Shown here: positions 26,033 to 37,700 of the stretch, piece by piece
How positions within the stretch are numbered: the first letter of the stretch is position 1
How the letters are laid out: the number at the start of each line of letters is the position of its first letter
Assembly (NCBI GenBank): GCA_943357895.1
Contig: CALRGO010000001.1
Location: 36,724 to 100,723, forward strand
Direction of reading: 5' to 3'
Source: Parcubacteria group bacterium
GTDB lineage: Bacteria; Patescibacteriota; Minisyncoccia; UBA6257; UBA11618
DNA length: 64,000 nucleotides
The notes under the pieces: model-generated
What the model was told of the DNA's origin: nothing
Databases searched by the model: none
What the model saw: the letters and a program-made list of their open reading frames with translations, nothing else
Translations under genes and position numbers: made by a program

Positions 26033-27112
26033 ATGGATGAATTAAACCAAGCCTCGCAAAACAGCAGCCTGCCGCAGGTACCACCACCACAAACTAATAT
26101 CGTGCCGCCGCCGCCCACGACACCAGAAGTGCTCGTGCGCACGATGGAGAGCGATATACAATCCGTACGCGCAACCGGCGAACCGGTGGCGCAACCTGTG
26201 ACCCCACTTCGCCCTTCGGGCTTCGCGGGGCAAGCGCCCATCACCCCACAAATAACACCAGTCGCACCTGTAGCCGCGCCCGTACAATTCCCCACACAAA
26301 CGGCGCCAGCGCCCGCCCCAATGCCCGCAACCGAAACAAAATCCGGTAGACTCCTCCTGTGGTTTTTCATACTCACTCTTATCGTCGGTATCGGTTGGGC
26401 GACGTATAAATACGGCCTACCTGCGTACCGCGCGATGGTGCCAAGTAAACCAACAGCCGAAGCGCCTGCGCAGGGAGTAGCGCTAGAGCCGAGCGCAGCA
26501 GGACTCGCCGTACCGCCTGAACCAGCACCCGTAGCGCCCGCAATAACGCCGCTCGGCGCAACGCAAGATGCATTACCTAAGATAGAAACCGACGGTACGC
26601 TGCCCTCGATTACTGCGGCGCTCGTAGCTGAAGCCAAAAAGACAAAGTCAGCAAGCGGAACCATCCAGGAAGTCTCCCTACTTAATGCCGGCGCGCCGAT
26701 GAGTTTCGCTACCGTACTAGGGGTACTCTTACCGGAAGCGAAGACAAACGGCTTGGATGGTATTCTTACCGCCGCCTTCGACCCTATCTTTTCCGCATAC
26801 CTCTTTTACGACGACCGCGGCGCATGGCCCGGCTACATAGCCAAAATTAACCCCGCTTCCCAAATAGACGCCGCAACTCTCGCGAGCCGTTTGCAAGCTG
26901 TCGAGACAAGCTCATACAAAAACCTCTTCCTCGTAGATGCCGGCGCACCCACCACATTCCGCACCGGCCAAGCGCGCGATAAGTACATCGACCGCTTTGT
27001 ACCCTTAGCAACCGACGGTGCGCTTTTCAGCTACGGTATCTTCGGCGACTACGTGATCATTAATACCTCCAATAACGGATTAGTGAAGGCTCTGGATCTG
27101 TTAAAGCTGTAA
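26033..27112 (+). CDS. proline-rich single-pass membrane protein (hypothetical)
   Basis: 359 aa: Pro-rich N-terminus, one TM (LLLWFFILTLIVGIGW), and a C-terminal globular domain. Contains the in-frame GC-rich repeat at 26201-26238. Confidence 0.55.
   Translation: MDELNQASQNSSLPQVPPPQTNIVPPPPTTPEVLVRTMESDIQSVRATGEPVAQPVTPLRPSGFAGQAPITPQITPVAPVAAPVQFPTQTAPAPAPMPATETKSGRLLLWFFILTLIVGIGWATYKYGLPAYRAMVPSKPTAEAPAQGVALEPSAAGLAVPPEPAPVAPAITPLGATQDALPKIETDGTLPSITAALVAEAKKTKSASGTIQEVSLLNAGAPMSFATVLGVLLPEAKTNGLDGILTAAFDPIFSAYLFYDDRGAWPGYIAKINPASQIDAATLASRLQAVETSSYKNLFLVDAGAPTTFRTGQARDKYIDRFVPLATDGALFSYGIFGDYVIINTSNNGLVKALDLLKL
26201..26238. repeat. GC-rich repeat element, copy 2 (encodes TPLRPSGFAGQAP)
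   Basis: accccacttcgcccttcgggcttcgcggggcaagcgcc. Confidence 0.7.
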
Positions 27113-27116
27113 CGAC

Positions 27117-27228
27117 GAAGTGGATAGTGAGTAGTGGGTAGGGGCTAGAAACGACGACGTAAAAAACCGGCTTTCGCCGGTTTTTTAATCTACTCACTAC
27201 TCACTACTCACTAACCACTACTCACTCG
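27117..27228. repeat. inverted pair of heptamer arrays flanking an intrinsic terminator (27141-27178)
   Basis: gaagtggatagtgagtagtgggtagg ... aaaaaaccggctttcgccggtttttt ... ctactcactactcactactcactaaccactactcact. Confidence 0.65.
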
Positions 27229-27230
27229 CC

Positions 27231-28775
27231 CTACTTTTCTCGCAGGCGGTATGCAAAGGCTTCGGCGACATGAGCTTCGGCAACAGCGGGCACACCCTCG
27301 ATGTCAGCAATCGTGCGCGCCACTTTAAGTAGGCGGTAATAGCCGCGCGCGGAGAGCGTGGCGGACTTCCAGACCTTGCCGAAAAACGCCTGCGCTGACA
27401 CCGAAAGCACAACACTCTCCGAAACCTGCTTTGACGAAAGCGTACTATTTAGCACACCCTGCCGTACAACCTGCACTGCACGCACGCGTGTCACAACCTC
27501 ACGCATACTTTTTGTATCCGTCCCTCCTCCGTCGCCCTGCGGGCTATGGAGGACAGGCGCACGCGAAAGATCCGCTAATTCTACATGCGGTACCTGCACT
27601 TGCAGGTCGATACGGTCGAGTATCGGCCCCGAAACTTTCTTTTTGTACCGCAGAATCTCATGCGCGCCGCACGCACAATCGCGACGGCTGTCGCCATAAT
27701 AACCACACGGGCAGGGGTTCATAGCAGCAATAAGAATAAATCGAGCAGGGAGCGAGAGCGAACCATTCGACCGCGCGATAGTTACATGCCCACCCTCTAA
27801 GGGCTCGCGTAACGACTCCAAAACATCACGGCGGAATTCCGGCAATTCATCAAGAAACAAAACGCCTTTATGCGCGAGACTAATTTCACCGGGACGGGGG
27901 TATGAGCCACCACCAACCACTGCGGCGGCAGATGCCGTATGGTGCGGCGCGCGGAATGGCCGCTCCGTCACCGCGTGGCGTGCGTTAAGCGCACCAGAAG
28001 CCGAATAAATACGTGTCACTTCAATTACCTCGTCGCGCGTAAGCGCGGGCAAGAGGCCAGCGAACGCCTGTGCGAGCATCGTCTTACCACTCCCTGGTGA
28101 GCCGGACATAAGCACATGATGACCGCCGCACGCAGCGATAAGAAGTGCGCGCTTCGCCGCCGCCTGCCCACGCACGTCCGCAATATCGACTGGATTAGTA
28201 AACGGCTCAAACACAGCCTCATCTACGTGGGTGGGGGAGATCGGTGCGCGCCCTTCGAGATGCGCAATTAACTCCATAAGAGTGCGCACGGGAAATACGG
28301 CAACACTCCCGGCAAGCGCCGCCTCCGCGGCATTTACCGCAGGCACATAGAGCTCGGTAAAACCTTTTTCGCGCGCCATGCACGCAACATTCAAAACACC
28401 CATGACTGACCGCACACCGCCATCAAGCGCGAGCTCGCCCAAAAACATCCTACCCTTCGTTTCGAACTTTCTAATTTGCTCCGTCGCTACCAAATAACCC
28501 ACCGCAATAGCGAGATCATATTGCGACCCCGTCTTTTTAATATCCGCAGGCGCTAGGTTTACCACGATCTTGCGATTCTCTTGCGACGGTGGCTTTACAC
28601 CACTATTTTTCAAGGCAGCTGAAACGCGCTCACGCGCCTCACTTAACGCCTTATCTGCTAAACCAACTATAGAAAAAGAATGGAGGCCGACATGCAAGTC
28701 GACCTCCACCTCCACACACCGCGCGTCAATCCCCGAAAGCTCCCCCGAATATACACGGGAAAAGCGAGTATTCAT
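27231..28775 (-). CDS. comM: Mg-chelatase-like AAA+ competence protein ComM/YifB
   Basis: Lon-like N-terminal domain, Walker A GSPGSGKT, and a zinc-ribbon insert CPCGYYGDSRRDCAC. Confidence 0.85.
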   Translation of the reverse strand: MNTRFSRVYSGELSGIDARCVEVEVDLHVGLHSFSIVGLADKALSEARERVSAALKNSGVKPPSQENRKIVVNLAPADIKKTGSQYDLAIAVGYLVATEQIRKFETKGRMFLGELALDGGVRSVMGVLNVACMAREKGFTELYVPAVNAAEAALAGSVAVFPVRTLMELIAHLEGRAPISPTHVDEAVFEPFTNPVDIADVRGQAAAKRALLIAACGGHHVLMSGSPGSGKTMLAQAFAGLLPALTRDEVIEVTRIYSASGALNARHAVTERPFRAPHHTASAAAVVGGGSYPRPGEISLAHKGVLFLDELPEFRRDVLESLREPLEGGHVTIARSNGSLSLPARFILIAAMNPCPCGYYGDSRRDCACGAHEILRYKKKVSGPILDRIDLQVQVPHVELADLSRAPVLHSPQGDGGGTDTKSMREVVTRVRAVQVVRQGVLNSTLSSKQVSESVVLSVSAQAFFGKVWKSATLSARGYYRLLKVARTIADIEGVPAVAEAHVAEAFAYRLREK

Positions 28776-29098
28776 TATTTACACCCCGCGCAATATAAGG
28801 ACTCTGGCGCGGCATCAAGTACGTCCGTACTAATCACCCCACGGCACTCCAGGCACGTGCCGTACGCCCCCGTTTTTACGCGCTCTAAAGCGTCGAGTAC
28901 CGCGTGCAAACGCCCCTTTAAGGTGATCTGTTCCGCATGCGCTATACCCGACTCTTCCGTTTCATCTGCCTCTTCGTCGCGATTACCTATTTCACCCATG
29001 TCATTTCCGCCACGAATCACGTCCTTTATTTCTTTTGATAAATTTACCTGCAGTCCAAGTAAAGTCGCTTCGTATTTTTTTAATTCTTCTTCTTTCAT
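28775..29098 (-). CDS. DksA/TraR-family C4 zinc-finger protein
   Basis: Coiled-coil N-terminus and CLECRG-x17-CAGC zinc finger. Confidence 0.65.
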   Translation of the reverse strand: MKEEELKKYEATLLGLQVNLSKEIKDVIRGGNDMGEIGNRDEEADETEESGIAHAEQITLKGRLHAVLDALERVKTGAYGTCLECRGVISTDVLDAAPESLYCAGCK

Positions 29099-29249
29099 AG
29101 GTTAAGCTTATCACGCATCCGAGCACTTCTCAATCATAATCGGGGTAATAGAATTACCCTCTCCCCATAAATAGCCGAGCGAGAACGAAAGAAGTATAAG
29201 AAGAATTATTGCAAGGTAAGCAGCGCGAGAAACACCAGAGCTAGGCATA

Positions 29250-29861
29250 TTATCTTGCGAAAGGATTCACCACTACCGCAGAACCAAGCACCTCAAAGTG
29301 TACGTGGCATCCGGTAGAATTACCCGTATTACCCATGCGCGCGATAACGTCGCCACCGGCAACCATTTGCCCAACTTTCACGAGAATTTTTTCCGCGTGC
29401 GCGTAACGCGTAATAACGCCATTACCGTGGTCGATGTCTACATAGTTACCGTAACCACTCTCCCAACCATTACGAACATCTACCACTTGTCCTGCGGCCG
29501 CGGCATATACGCCACTACCGCATGCACCCGCGACATCCACCGCATTATACTCATGGATCACTCCCCAGTTAATACCACGCGCCGGAAGCGAAAAACGCCG
29601 CACAAAATCACGCACGCCATCTGTGGCAGCGGTATACACCGATTGACCAGAACTCTCCGCCAATGCATCATGCATTACGGACAAGGTGGGTAAAGGAATA
29701 TCATTATAAAAAACGGCGCCCGACTCCATGAACGCACCCGAAAGAGGTGATTCGGAAGACGATCCGCCAACCGAAAATGGCCGCGCAAATGACAATCCGG
29801 CAGCGTAAGGCATAAAGGCATTCACAAGCGTCACGCCACACAAGAAAAGAACCGTTATCAC
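29250..29861 (-). CDS. M23-family (LytM-like) peptidoglycan metalloendopeptidase
   Basis: HxxxD...HxH core (HEYNAVDVA...GCHVHFEV) and signal/TM N-terminus. Confidence 0.8.
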   Translation of the reverse strand: MITVLFLCGVTLVNAFMPYAAGLSFARPFSVGGSSSESPLSGAFMESGAVFYNDIPLPTLSVMHDALAESSGQSVYTAATDGVRDFVRRFSLPARGINWGVIHEYNAVDVAGACGSGVYAAAAGQVVDVRNGWESGYGNYVDIDHGNGVITRYAHAEKILVKVGQMVAGGDVIARMGNTGNSTGCHVHFEVLGSAVVVNPFAR

Positions 29862-29908
29862 GGTCTTATTTCTTAAAAATCCGAGTTGTCCGCGTAAGCT
29901 ATTAATAT

Positions 29909-31708
29909 ATGAATACTAGCAAAAATATGAACGACCGGCAAGCAGAAGCGGCCTACCACAAGGGAGGGCCGCTCCTTATTGCCGCGGGTGCCGGAAGCGG
30001 CAAAACACACACCCTTACGCAACGCCTGCATTATCTTTTAAATGAACTAAAGGTGCCACCGGCGCGCATTCTCGCCATCACTTTTACGAACAAGGCGGCA
30101 GAAGAAATGAAGAAGCGCGCCGGCGCCCCCAAAGAACTTTTCATCGGCACATTCCACTCCTTCGGCGCACGTCTCCTCCGCGCCGAAGCGCGCCGGCTCG
30201 GCCGGAGTGTCGGCTTTACCATCTTCGACGAAGACGATACCGGCTCACTCCTTAAAAAAATTGGTAAGAACCGCAACCTACCAAAAGAGACGTGCGGCCC
30301 CGCCGTATTGTCGCGACTCATGGGTAAAGTAAAAAGCGAATTCATAGCACCCGAAATGGCGGCTAAAGGGACGCGCGACTTAGACCCCGATACCGCCCGC
30401 GCCTGCTACGAGGACTACGAAAACCTCCTTAAGGAAAACAACGCGTTCGACTTCGACGACCTCATCGAAAAGCCCGTGCAATTGTTCCGCAATTACCCCG
30501 AAGTACTTGAACTCTATCGTGGCAAGTACGACCACGTACTGATAGACGAATACCAAGATATCAACGCCGCGCAGTACGAACTCGTACGCTGTCTCGCAGG
30601 TGGCCACGGCAACCTGAGCGTAGTGGGGGACGACGCGCAGTCCATCTACGCCTTCCGCGGCGCTGACTTCCGCAACTTTTTAAACTTCGAACGCGACTGG
30701 CCGGCCGCAAAGATCGTCATGCTGGAAGAAAATTACCGCTCGACCCCGTTAATACTCGAAGCAGCGAACGACGTTATCGGCCACAATAAAACTCAGCGCA
30801 AGAAAAACCTGTGGACGAAAAATGAGCAGGGCGAAAAGATTAAAGTCTTCGCGGCGGAAAACGAATATATGGAAGCCGAATGGATTGTGAAGACCGCCAT
30901 TACCAATTGGCGTAAGGGAAAGCCACTCGAATCCATGGCTGTAATCTATCGTACCAACGCGCAGTCACGGCCAATAGAACAAGCGCTTATTTCCGCGGGC
31001 GTGCCATACCGTATGTTCGGCGGTATCCGCTTTTACGAACGTAAAGAAATAAAAGATATTGTGGCTGGTCTGCGCTTGGCGGCAAATCCGTTAGATAGCG
31101 TGAGCGCCGACAGGCTCGACAAGAATTTTTCCAAAGGCAAAAGCCGCCTCCTTATAGACGCCCTACCGAAGATGGGCAGCGCATCACCCAGTGAAATCAT
31201 CGACTACTTCGTTTCAAATACTAACTACCTCGACTACTTAAAGAATAACTATAAGAACTCGCAGGAGCGTATCGAAAACGTACGAGGACTTTTAACCTTT
31301 GCGCGCGACTTTGCAAAAGACGGTTTAGCCGCGTTTTTAGAACAAGCAACCCTAGCGCAGAGCCATGACAACCCGAGTGGGAAGACAGGCGTAAACCTCA
31401 TGAGTATTCACATGTCGAAGGGGCTCGAATTCGAAAGCGTATTCGTCGCCGGCGTAGGCGAGGGCACCTTGCCGCACCACCGCGCGCTTTCCTCCGGCGG
31501 CGAAATGGAAGAGGAGCGGCGCTTAATGTACGTGGCGATTACCCGCGCGGCGAAGCATTTACATATGTCCTTCTCAAACGTCCCCTCAAGATTCCTCTAC
31601 GAGATATCCGGCGACTTGGTCGAATTCATAAATAATAAAGTTTCGTCTAATCGAGCTAACCGTCAAGGCATGCCCGACGAAGAAGAAATGTGGCTGGATT
31701 ACGATTAA
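29909..31708 (+). CDS. UvrD/PcrA/Rep-family SF1 DNA helicase (short, 599 aa)
   Basis: Walker A AGAGSGKTHTL, motifs II DEYQD and VGDDAQSIY. Confidence 0.85.
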   Translation: MNTSKNMNDRQAEAAYHKGGPLLIAAGAGSGKTHTLTQRLHYLLNELKVPPARILAITFTNKAAEEMKKRAGAPKELFIGTFHSFGARLLRAEARRLGRSVGFTIFDEDDTGSLLKKIGKNRNLPKETCGPAVLSRLMGKVKSEFIAPEMAAKGTRDLDPDTARACYEDYENLLKENNAFDFDDLIEKPVQLFRNYPEVLELYRGKYDHVLIDEYQDINAAQYELVRCLAGGHGNLSVVGDDAQSIYAFRGADFRNFLNFERDWPAAKIVMLEENYRSTPLILEAANDVIGHNKTQRKKNLWTKNEQGEKIKVFAAENEYMEAEWIVKTAITNWRKGKPLESMAVIYRTNAQSRPIEQALISAGVPYRMFGGIRFYERKEIKDIVAGLRLAANPLDSVSADRLDKNFSKGKSRLLIDALPKMGSASPSEIIDYFVSNTNYLDYLKNNYKNSQERIENVRGLLTFARDFAKDGLAAFLEQATLAQSHDNPSGKTGVNLMSIHMSKGLEFESVFVAGVGEGTLPHHRALSSGGEMEEERRLMYVAITRAAKHLHMSFSNVPSRFLYEISGDLVEFINNKVSSNRANRQGMPDEEEMWLDYD

Positions 31709-31724
31709 TATTGATTCAGGATTT

Positions 31725-32558
31725 ATGATTCAGGATTCAGGAATAACCGAAGTACCGAAAGCCAAGAAGTCCCTTGGGCAGCATTTTTTGATAAACAAGA
31801 AGGCGCTCTTAACAGTTGCCGAATCACTAAAGATTACCGAGGAAGACACCGTCATCGAAGTAGGTCCGGGTCACGGAGAACTTACGGACTTGCTTATTGC
31901 CTCGCCCGCTAAAAAAATTATCGTTATCGAAAAAGATCACGAGCTCGTGGAATTACTTAAAGAAAAATACCGCAGTGTCGGAACGACCCAGGGACTAGCT
32001 GACCGTCTTACCGTCACGGAAGGGGACGCACTCAAAGACCTCGCGCCCATCATCGCGGATCTTAAAACGCCCTACGTCCTCGCCGGCAACATCCCGTACT
32101 ACATCACGGGTTACTTGCTCCGCATAGTAGGCGACATGGAACGCAAGCCCCTCCGCACCGTTTTCACTATCCAAAAAGAAGTGGCTCTACGTATCTGCGC
32201 CGTAGCTCCCGACATGAACCGCCTCGCCGCCTGCGTGCAAATTTGGGGCACGCCGCACATCGCAATGAAATTAAAACCAACGGACTTCAACCCACCGCCC
32301 TCGATCGACTCCGCAATTATCGCAATCGAAACCAAAGCCGACACGCTTACCGGCACGAGTCTCGCAAACTACTACGAAACGGTGGGTATTCTCTTCCAAC
32401 AACCCCGCAAAACAATTTTAAATAACTTATCTAGCGGTTTTAACATCCCTAAAGAAAAAGCCCTCAGCCTCTTAACCCAAGTTGGTCTCACCGGCACTGA
32501 ACGCCCCGAAAATCTTTCTACCCTAACCATTCAAAAAATTGCCGAATCAACCCACTAA
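31725..32558 (+). CDS. rsmA: 16S rRNA (adenine1518/1519-N6)-dimethyltransferase RsmA/KsgA
   Basis: LGQHFL and VIEVGPGHGELT SAM-binding motifs. Confidence 0.85.
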   Translation: MIQDSGITEVPKAKKSLGQHFLINKKALLTVAESLKITEEDTVIEVGPGHGELTDLLIASPAKKIIVIEKDHELVELLKEKYRSVGTTQGLADRLTVTEGDALKDLAPIIADLKTPYVLAGNIPYYITGYLLRIVGDMERKPLRTVFTIQKEVALRICAVAPDMNRLAACVQIWGTPHIAMKLKPTDFNPPPSIDSAIIAIETKADTLTGTSLANYYETVGILFQQPRKTILNNLSSGFNIPKEKALSLLTQVGLTGTERPENLSTLTIQKIAESTH

Positions 32559-32610
32559 ATTAAGGATTTTAGACTAAGCGAGGCGAACTTACGACACTAA
32601 GGCATCCTAA

Positions 32611-33414
32611 GTGGAAGCGCATAGCAGTTATCCACTAACTTCTCCGTCATTTCTACGGTATCCTAAAGAGGTGTTAGGGCTCAAAGCAAAAGCAGGCCTG
32701 TTGTTTTTCGTATGCGCTGGCGTTTTCGTCGGCCTTGTCGTGTTCGGCAACACTGTTGCCCGTAATGAAATGAATACCGACTCTGAAAAAAAGGCTGACT
32801 CTACCGCCCCACAAGCAATCGACTCGCTCCAAAACGCCATCGGCGAATCGGTGCCGATTACAACCGAAGCGCAACCTGAAATTACGCCTATAGGCACGCT
32901 AACAGCGAATAGCGATACCAACCTCACGCGTAATCTCGCCGCACTTATTGGTAAAAACATCGTGGATAAAAATCCCGAAGGGCCAGCGGGGGATAACCTT
33001 ACCGTTATGGGTGCAGACGGCATGGCGGATATCGCGGTTACAGAATCACTTAAAAACTTTAACCCTGCATATTTCTCTCCCGAGATCCTCCAGAGCGAAC
33101 TTATAACCCTCAGCACGCAAACAGCCGCGGCATACCGCGCAGAAGCCGAAAGAATAATAGCCGAAACGGAAATGCAAACCCCGCCGCCGATAGGCGACCT
33201 CATCGCAAGCCAAATGGCGGAATTTGCACGGCGCTATAAGACGCAAGGCGCCGCCCTCCGCGCACTCCCCGTACCATCCGCACTTACAACAGAACACATG
33301 AAAGCCATCCGCATAGCGCTCGGTAAACAGCGCATATTCGAAGCTGTTGCGGATTACGAAAATGATCCGATATACGCCATGCTCGCGCTTAAGTTATTAG
33401 ACACTCTCAAATGA
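32611..33414 (+). CDS. hypothetical single-pass membrane protein, first gene of the T4SS-like operon
   Basis: TM near the N-terminus (LLFFVCAGVFVGLVVF), periplasmic remainder. True start uncertain (possibly GTG near 32670). Confidence 0.45.
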   Translation: MEAHSSYPLTSPSFLRYPKEVLGLKAKAGLLFFVCAGVFVGLVVFGNTVARNEMNTDSEKKADSTAPQAIDSLQNAIGESVPITTEAQPEITPIGTLTANSDTNLTRNLAALIGKNIVDKNPEGPAGDNLTVMGADGMADIAVTESLKNFNPAYFSPEILQSELITLSTQTAAAYRAEAERIIAETEMQTPPPIGDLIASQMAEFARRYKTQGAALRALPVPSALTTEHMKAIRIALGKQRIFEAVADYENDPIYAMLALKLLDTLK

Positions 33415-34787
33415 AACGTATTCTCGCATCACTTGCCATATCGTTCCTTGTACTCGGTGTTTTACCTGCGCTCCCCAAAGAGCGCGCGCACGCCCAGTTC
33501 GGGATAGATGCCGCCGTCACCTTAGCGGCAGAAGCTGTACAAGAAACCATAAAAAAACGTTTCTTCGACATGATCGTCGACCAAATGGTGAACTGGATCC
33601 AAGGTGGTGGCAAGCCCTTATTTATACAAAACTGGAACGCCTTCCTCGCCCAGTACGGCAACATCGTGACCGGCGACCTTTTAGCCGAAATGAAAATAGC
33701 GGGCATCTGCCGGCCGTTCGGCATGCAGTTGCAACTCGCCGTGCTCCAACCCCCGCGCTTTTCGGGTCAAATACGGTGCACGTTAGACCAAGTCGTGCGC
33801 AACATGGTCGGCTTTTATAACAACTTTTCGACCGGCGGTTTCGTGGCATACCGCGAGCAATGGCAACCGCAAAACAATTTCTACGGCGCACTGCTCCTTG
33901 CAATAAATGAAAAAGAAACCCGTATTGCGGACAAACGCTTTGCTGGACTGCAAGAAGCGCAAACAGGAGGTGGCTTTTTGGGTCAGAAAAAATGCGATGA
34001 GAACGGGCGAAATTGCCGTATCGTGACACCCGGTATGCAGATAGGTGCTGCGGCCGCGAAAGTAATCGGCGCCGACCTCGACTACATTGTTAACTCTAAA
34101 AGCATGGCGGCATATATCGCCGCGATTTCAGACGCACTCATCAACCGCGTCGTCCGCGAAGGCGTGAGCGGGTTCCAAGGCGTGGTATCCGCGAACGCTC
34201 CGCAAATCGGCTACATCCCCACCCAACCCGTAAACGCCGCACCCTGCTCCGGCCTCACGGGCGATGCCTTAAATGCATGCCGCGCACTCGAAGGATATAA
34301 AACGGGCAACGCGACGCTTATTAAAACAAGTCACATGACGCAAATAAGCGACACCTTAACCCCACTCCTCGCTGGGCTTACGGACTTACTCGCCATACAA
34401 TCCGCACAGCAAGTACTTGTAAACCGCACAAGCGAACTAAATAACTGCCAAATTGGCAGGGGGGTAAGTGGTAGGGAAATAACGATAACGGCGCTCGCCG
34501 TGGAGCAAAAAGCGCTCGAAGACGTGACGGTGGCGATTACGCAACTCCAGCAAATAACGACCCCACTTACAAACGCGAAAAATACGCTCATGAACGAAAC
34601 GAGTACCGACTTCGACGTGCTTTCGAGCTATATGACGGGGCAAGCCGGCGTGGGTCGCCTCCTAAACAAGTCGCAAGCCGAGGCGTACGCCGCAAAAACT
34701 AAGGCGGATCGCGACGCCCTTACGGCACGCTCGGCTACGCGCCTACCCGAACTGCAAATATTACTGCAAAAATGCATAAGCTCATAA
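33411..34787 (+). CDS. secreted hypothetical protein (458 aa) with signal peptide
   Basis: Cleavable signal (..LPALPKERAHA); overlaps neighbours by 4 and 16 nt. Confidence 0.55.
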   Translation: MKRILASLAISFLVLGVLPALPKERAHAQFGIDAAVTLAAEAVQETIKKRFFDMIVDQMVNWIQGGGKPLFIQNWNAFLAQYGNIVTGDLLAEMKIAGICRPFGMQLQLAVLQPPRFSGQIRCTLDQVVRNMVGFYNNFSTGGFVAYREQWQPQNNFYGALLLAINEKETRIADKRFAGLQEAQTGGGFLGQKKCDENGRNCRIVTPGMQIGAAAAKVIGADLDYIVNSKSMAAYIAAISDALINRVVREGVSGFQGVVSANAPQIGYIPTQPVNAAPCSGLTGDALNACRALEGYKTGNATLIKTSHMTQISDTLTPLLAGLTDLLAIQSAQQVLVNRTSELNNCQIGRGVSGREITITALAVEQKALEDVTVAITQLQQITTPLTNAKNTLMNETSTDFDVLSSYMTGQAGVGRLLNKSQAEAYAAKTKADRDALTARSATRLPELQILLQKCISS

Positions 34788-37700
34788 GAACTATCGCAAT
34801 AATTGTCACCCTCACAACGCTTTTCGGTGCAGTTATTTTTACACACGCGCAAATGGCAATGCCTAATATCCCCGGGCAAGACATGCCAATAAAAGTCCAA
34901 GAGACGGCAAAAAATAATCCCGGAGCGCAGACCGTCAGCCCAAGTTTCAATCCTATTCCCACCGTTGCCGACATAGTAAGCGGCATAGGCGGATCCTTCT
35001 TGGGTTGGATCAGCTTAAAGGCCATCGGCTACGTCTCATTCACGCTAAGCTATATCGCCGGACTTATCGGCTCGACGGCGTTTACGCTCGCGGGAATCTT
35101 AGTAGAATTAGGTCTCTATTTCAACACCACAATCCTCAACAGTCCGATAGTCCAGCTCGGCTGGCGCTTCTGCCGCGACCTCGCGAACTTAGGCTTCACG
35201 ATTGGTATTGTAGTCATCGCATACGCCACTATGCTCGGCATCGAAAGCTATGGCATGAAGAAGATTCTTATAAACTTCGCCTTCGCGGCTATTATCGTAA
35301 ACTTCAGCTTCTCTATAGCGGGGTTCGCGATAGACATATCGAACATGCTCACGCACTTTTTCGTGAACGCCTCAATCGGGGGCGGTGGCGTGTCGGGGTC
35401 AGGGGCAAACATCCATAAATTTGCCGAAACTCTTGCATCCGCCTTCAGCCCGCAAAAACTACTTATAACGGACTCTCTCAATCTAAAGGCATACGAGTCG
35501 CTTGCGGACGACGGCATGATTGCCGCAGTAATATCTATATTCTTCGTCGCGCTCTTCACCGCCCTCGCCGCGCTCGGCATGCTTATGGTAGGACTTACCA
35601 CTATTTCGCGATTTATACGTCTTTCAGGGCTTGTAATTGTCATGCCAATTGCAATCCTTTGTGCCGCATTCCCCAACACAAGAAAGTGGTGGGGGAAATG
35701 GTACGATGATTTTTTTAGCCAACTTACCTACCTGCCCATAGCGACATTCTCTATGTATCTCGTCATTATGTTCGTGCAAATTAAGGCGGATGTGGGATTC
35801 GAAACAAAAGGGATAGATATGAAAAATCTCATAAATTCCTTTGAACAGGCAAAAACTGCGGGGAGCGGAATTACCGCAACCAAGACCCTTGAGCTGATGG
35901 CTGCGCCGCTTCAAACGATTACGGATATGGTACTCGTACTTGCCATGTTATTCATCGGCATCACCAAGTCGGCTAAATTGAGCGGCGCGGGAGGGGATAT
36001 CGCTCTCAAGTGGACGACGGGGTTGAAAGACTGGGCAGTAGGCGCGCCAAAAGGAGCTGCCGGATGGGCGGGCCGTAAATACTTGAGCGGCGGCGGAGAC
36101 GGAACAAAAGAAGGTAATCGTGGCACGCGGCTCGCAAGCTTTTTACAACGAATCCCTCTCATTAGTCGTTTTGCGCCCCAAGTAAATAAATTCGCCGCAG
36201 GGACGAGTAAAAATCTCGGCAATCTCGAAACTGAATACAAAGGTATGGGCGACGTACAGCTACGAAACGCCCTCTACAACCCCGACATTAAGCTTAACCC
36301 CGAGCGCATGGCGGCGGCGGCAAAAGAAGCCGTTGCGCGCGGACTACTGAACAACACCGATCAAGAAAAAAATATATCACAGGAAAAATTAAACGAATTT
36401 ATCCCCGCCCTCAAACGCTACGGCTTCGACACAGAAATATTAAAGAAGGCGCCGCATCTCTATGGTAAATTCGGCTTAAATATTGAGAAAAACAACGAAG
36501 GGGAATATATAAATAAGGAAGATGGTAAAAAGCTTGACGACGCCATAAAAGCCTTTAAGCCCGAAGATGGGGAAGATCTGCCCGTGGAGGCGCTTGAGGA
36601 CATTGAAGTGGTTCGGCGGCTTTCCGGCGACCAACTAGCAAAACTACCGAAGAACAAAGAACATCGCGCGGCATTCTCAGACACCATCATCCGCCTACGA
36701 GAAAAAATAGGGTCTACGGAATTCGATAAGTATATGAAAAAAGCGTTTGCCAAAAAAGAAGCGGCGGCAGCACTCACCCCACAACTTCTCGGTAATAAAG
36801 ATGTAGTCCGTAATCTCACAAACGATCATTTAAAGTATCTCAGTGACACTGGAAAGGAAAAACAACGAGATGCATTCCTTGCGACTATCAACGAAAAAGA
36901 TACCACCACTGGAGAATACAAGTTATCAGAAAAAGAATTCACCGAATTCATGGGGAGTAATTTTGCAAAGGCTAAAGACATCAACGAAATTAATCCGGAT
37001 ATCATCCGCAACGATCGCATATTCGGCAAGCTGCAGGGGATGCATATCAGCCAACTCCAAAAAGAACCGGAAACGGCGCAACATATTGCCGTGCTCGAAA
37101 AATTACGCGACGAATACCGAAACGCTTTTGCTGACCCAAAAACCCTTACCCGCCTTGATAGCCTCGCAAAAGTTATCGTAGATAACAAAGATAATTCAAC
37201 TTGGAGCGCAATCGATACAGCTGAAGGAAAAGCCCCGTTCAACGAAATCGAAATGGATTACCGTAGGCGCCACCCCGACGAAGAAAAACAGCAAAAGAAA
37301 GAAAAAATAAAAGTAGAGATAAAAGAAGAAAAGCAGAAAGAAAAAGGGTGGTGGGAAGATGATAATAAGGGGGGTAATCCGCCGAGCGCAGGCCCGCAGA
37401 AGCCCCCTCAAAATCCGCCCGCACCACCCTCCTCACCAACAGGAGGATCGGCTTCAGTAGCACCGACATATACGTTAGCACCACAAAAACCAACACAGCC
37501 GGTAACACCACCTCCGCAGCCAGCGCCCGCAACCACTCCGCAGCCGAAGCCGACACCTAATAAACCTCAGCGCACGGAACCCAAAGAAACGGAACCAACG
37601 AACTCAAAGGGCCCTGATATCGGAAGAATGATAGACGCCGTACTGGAGAGCGAATCAAGAACGAATAACCCCGAATACGTCCTGCAGGAAGAATTCCCAG

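Noticed and set aside
26008-26664. 218-aa minus-strand ORF
   Set aside because: It is antisense to the Pro-rich membrane protein gene; its Gly/Ala-rich translation derives from the Pro/Ala codons on the other strand.
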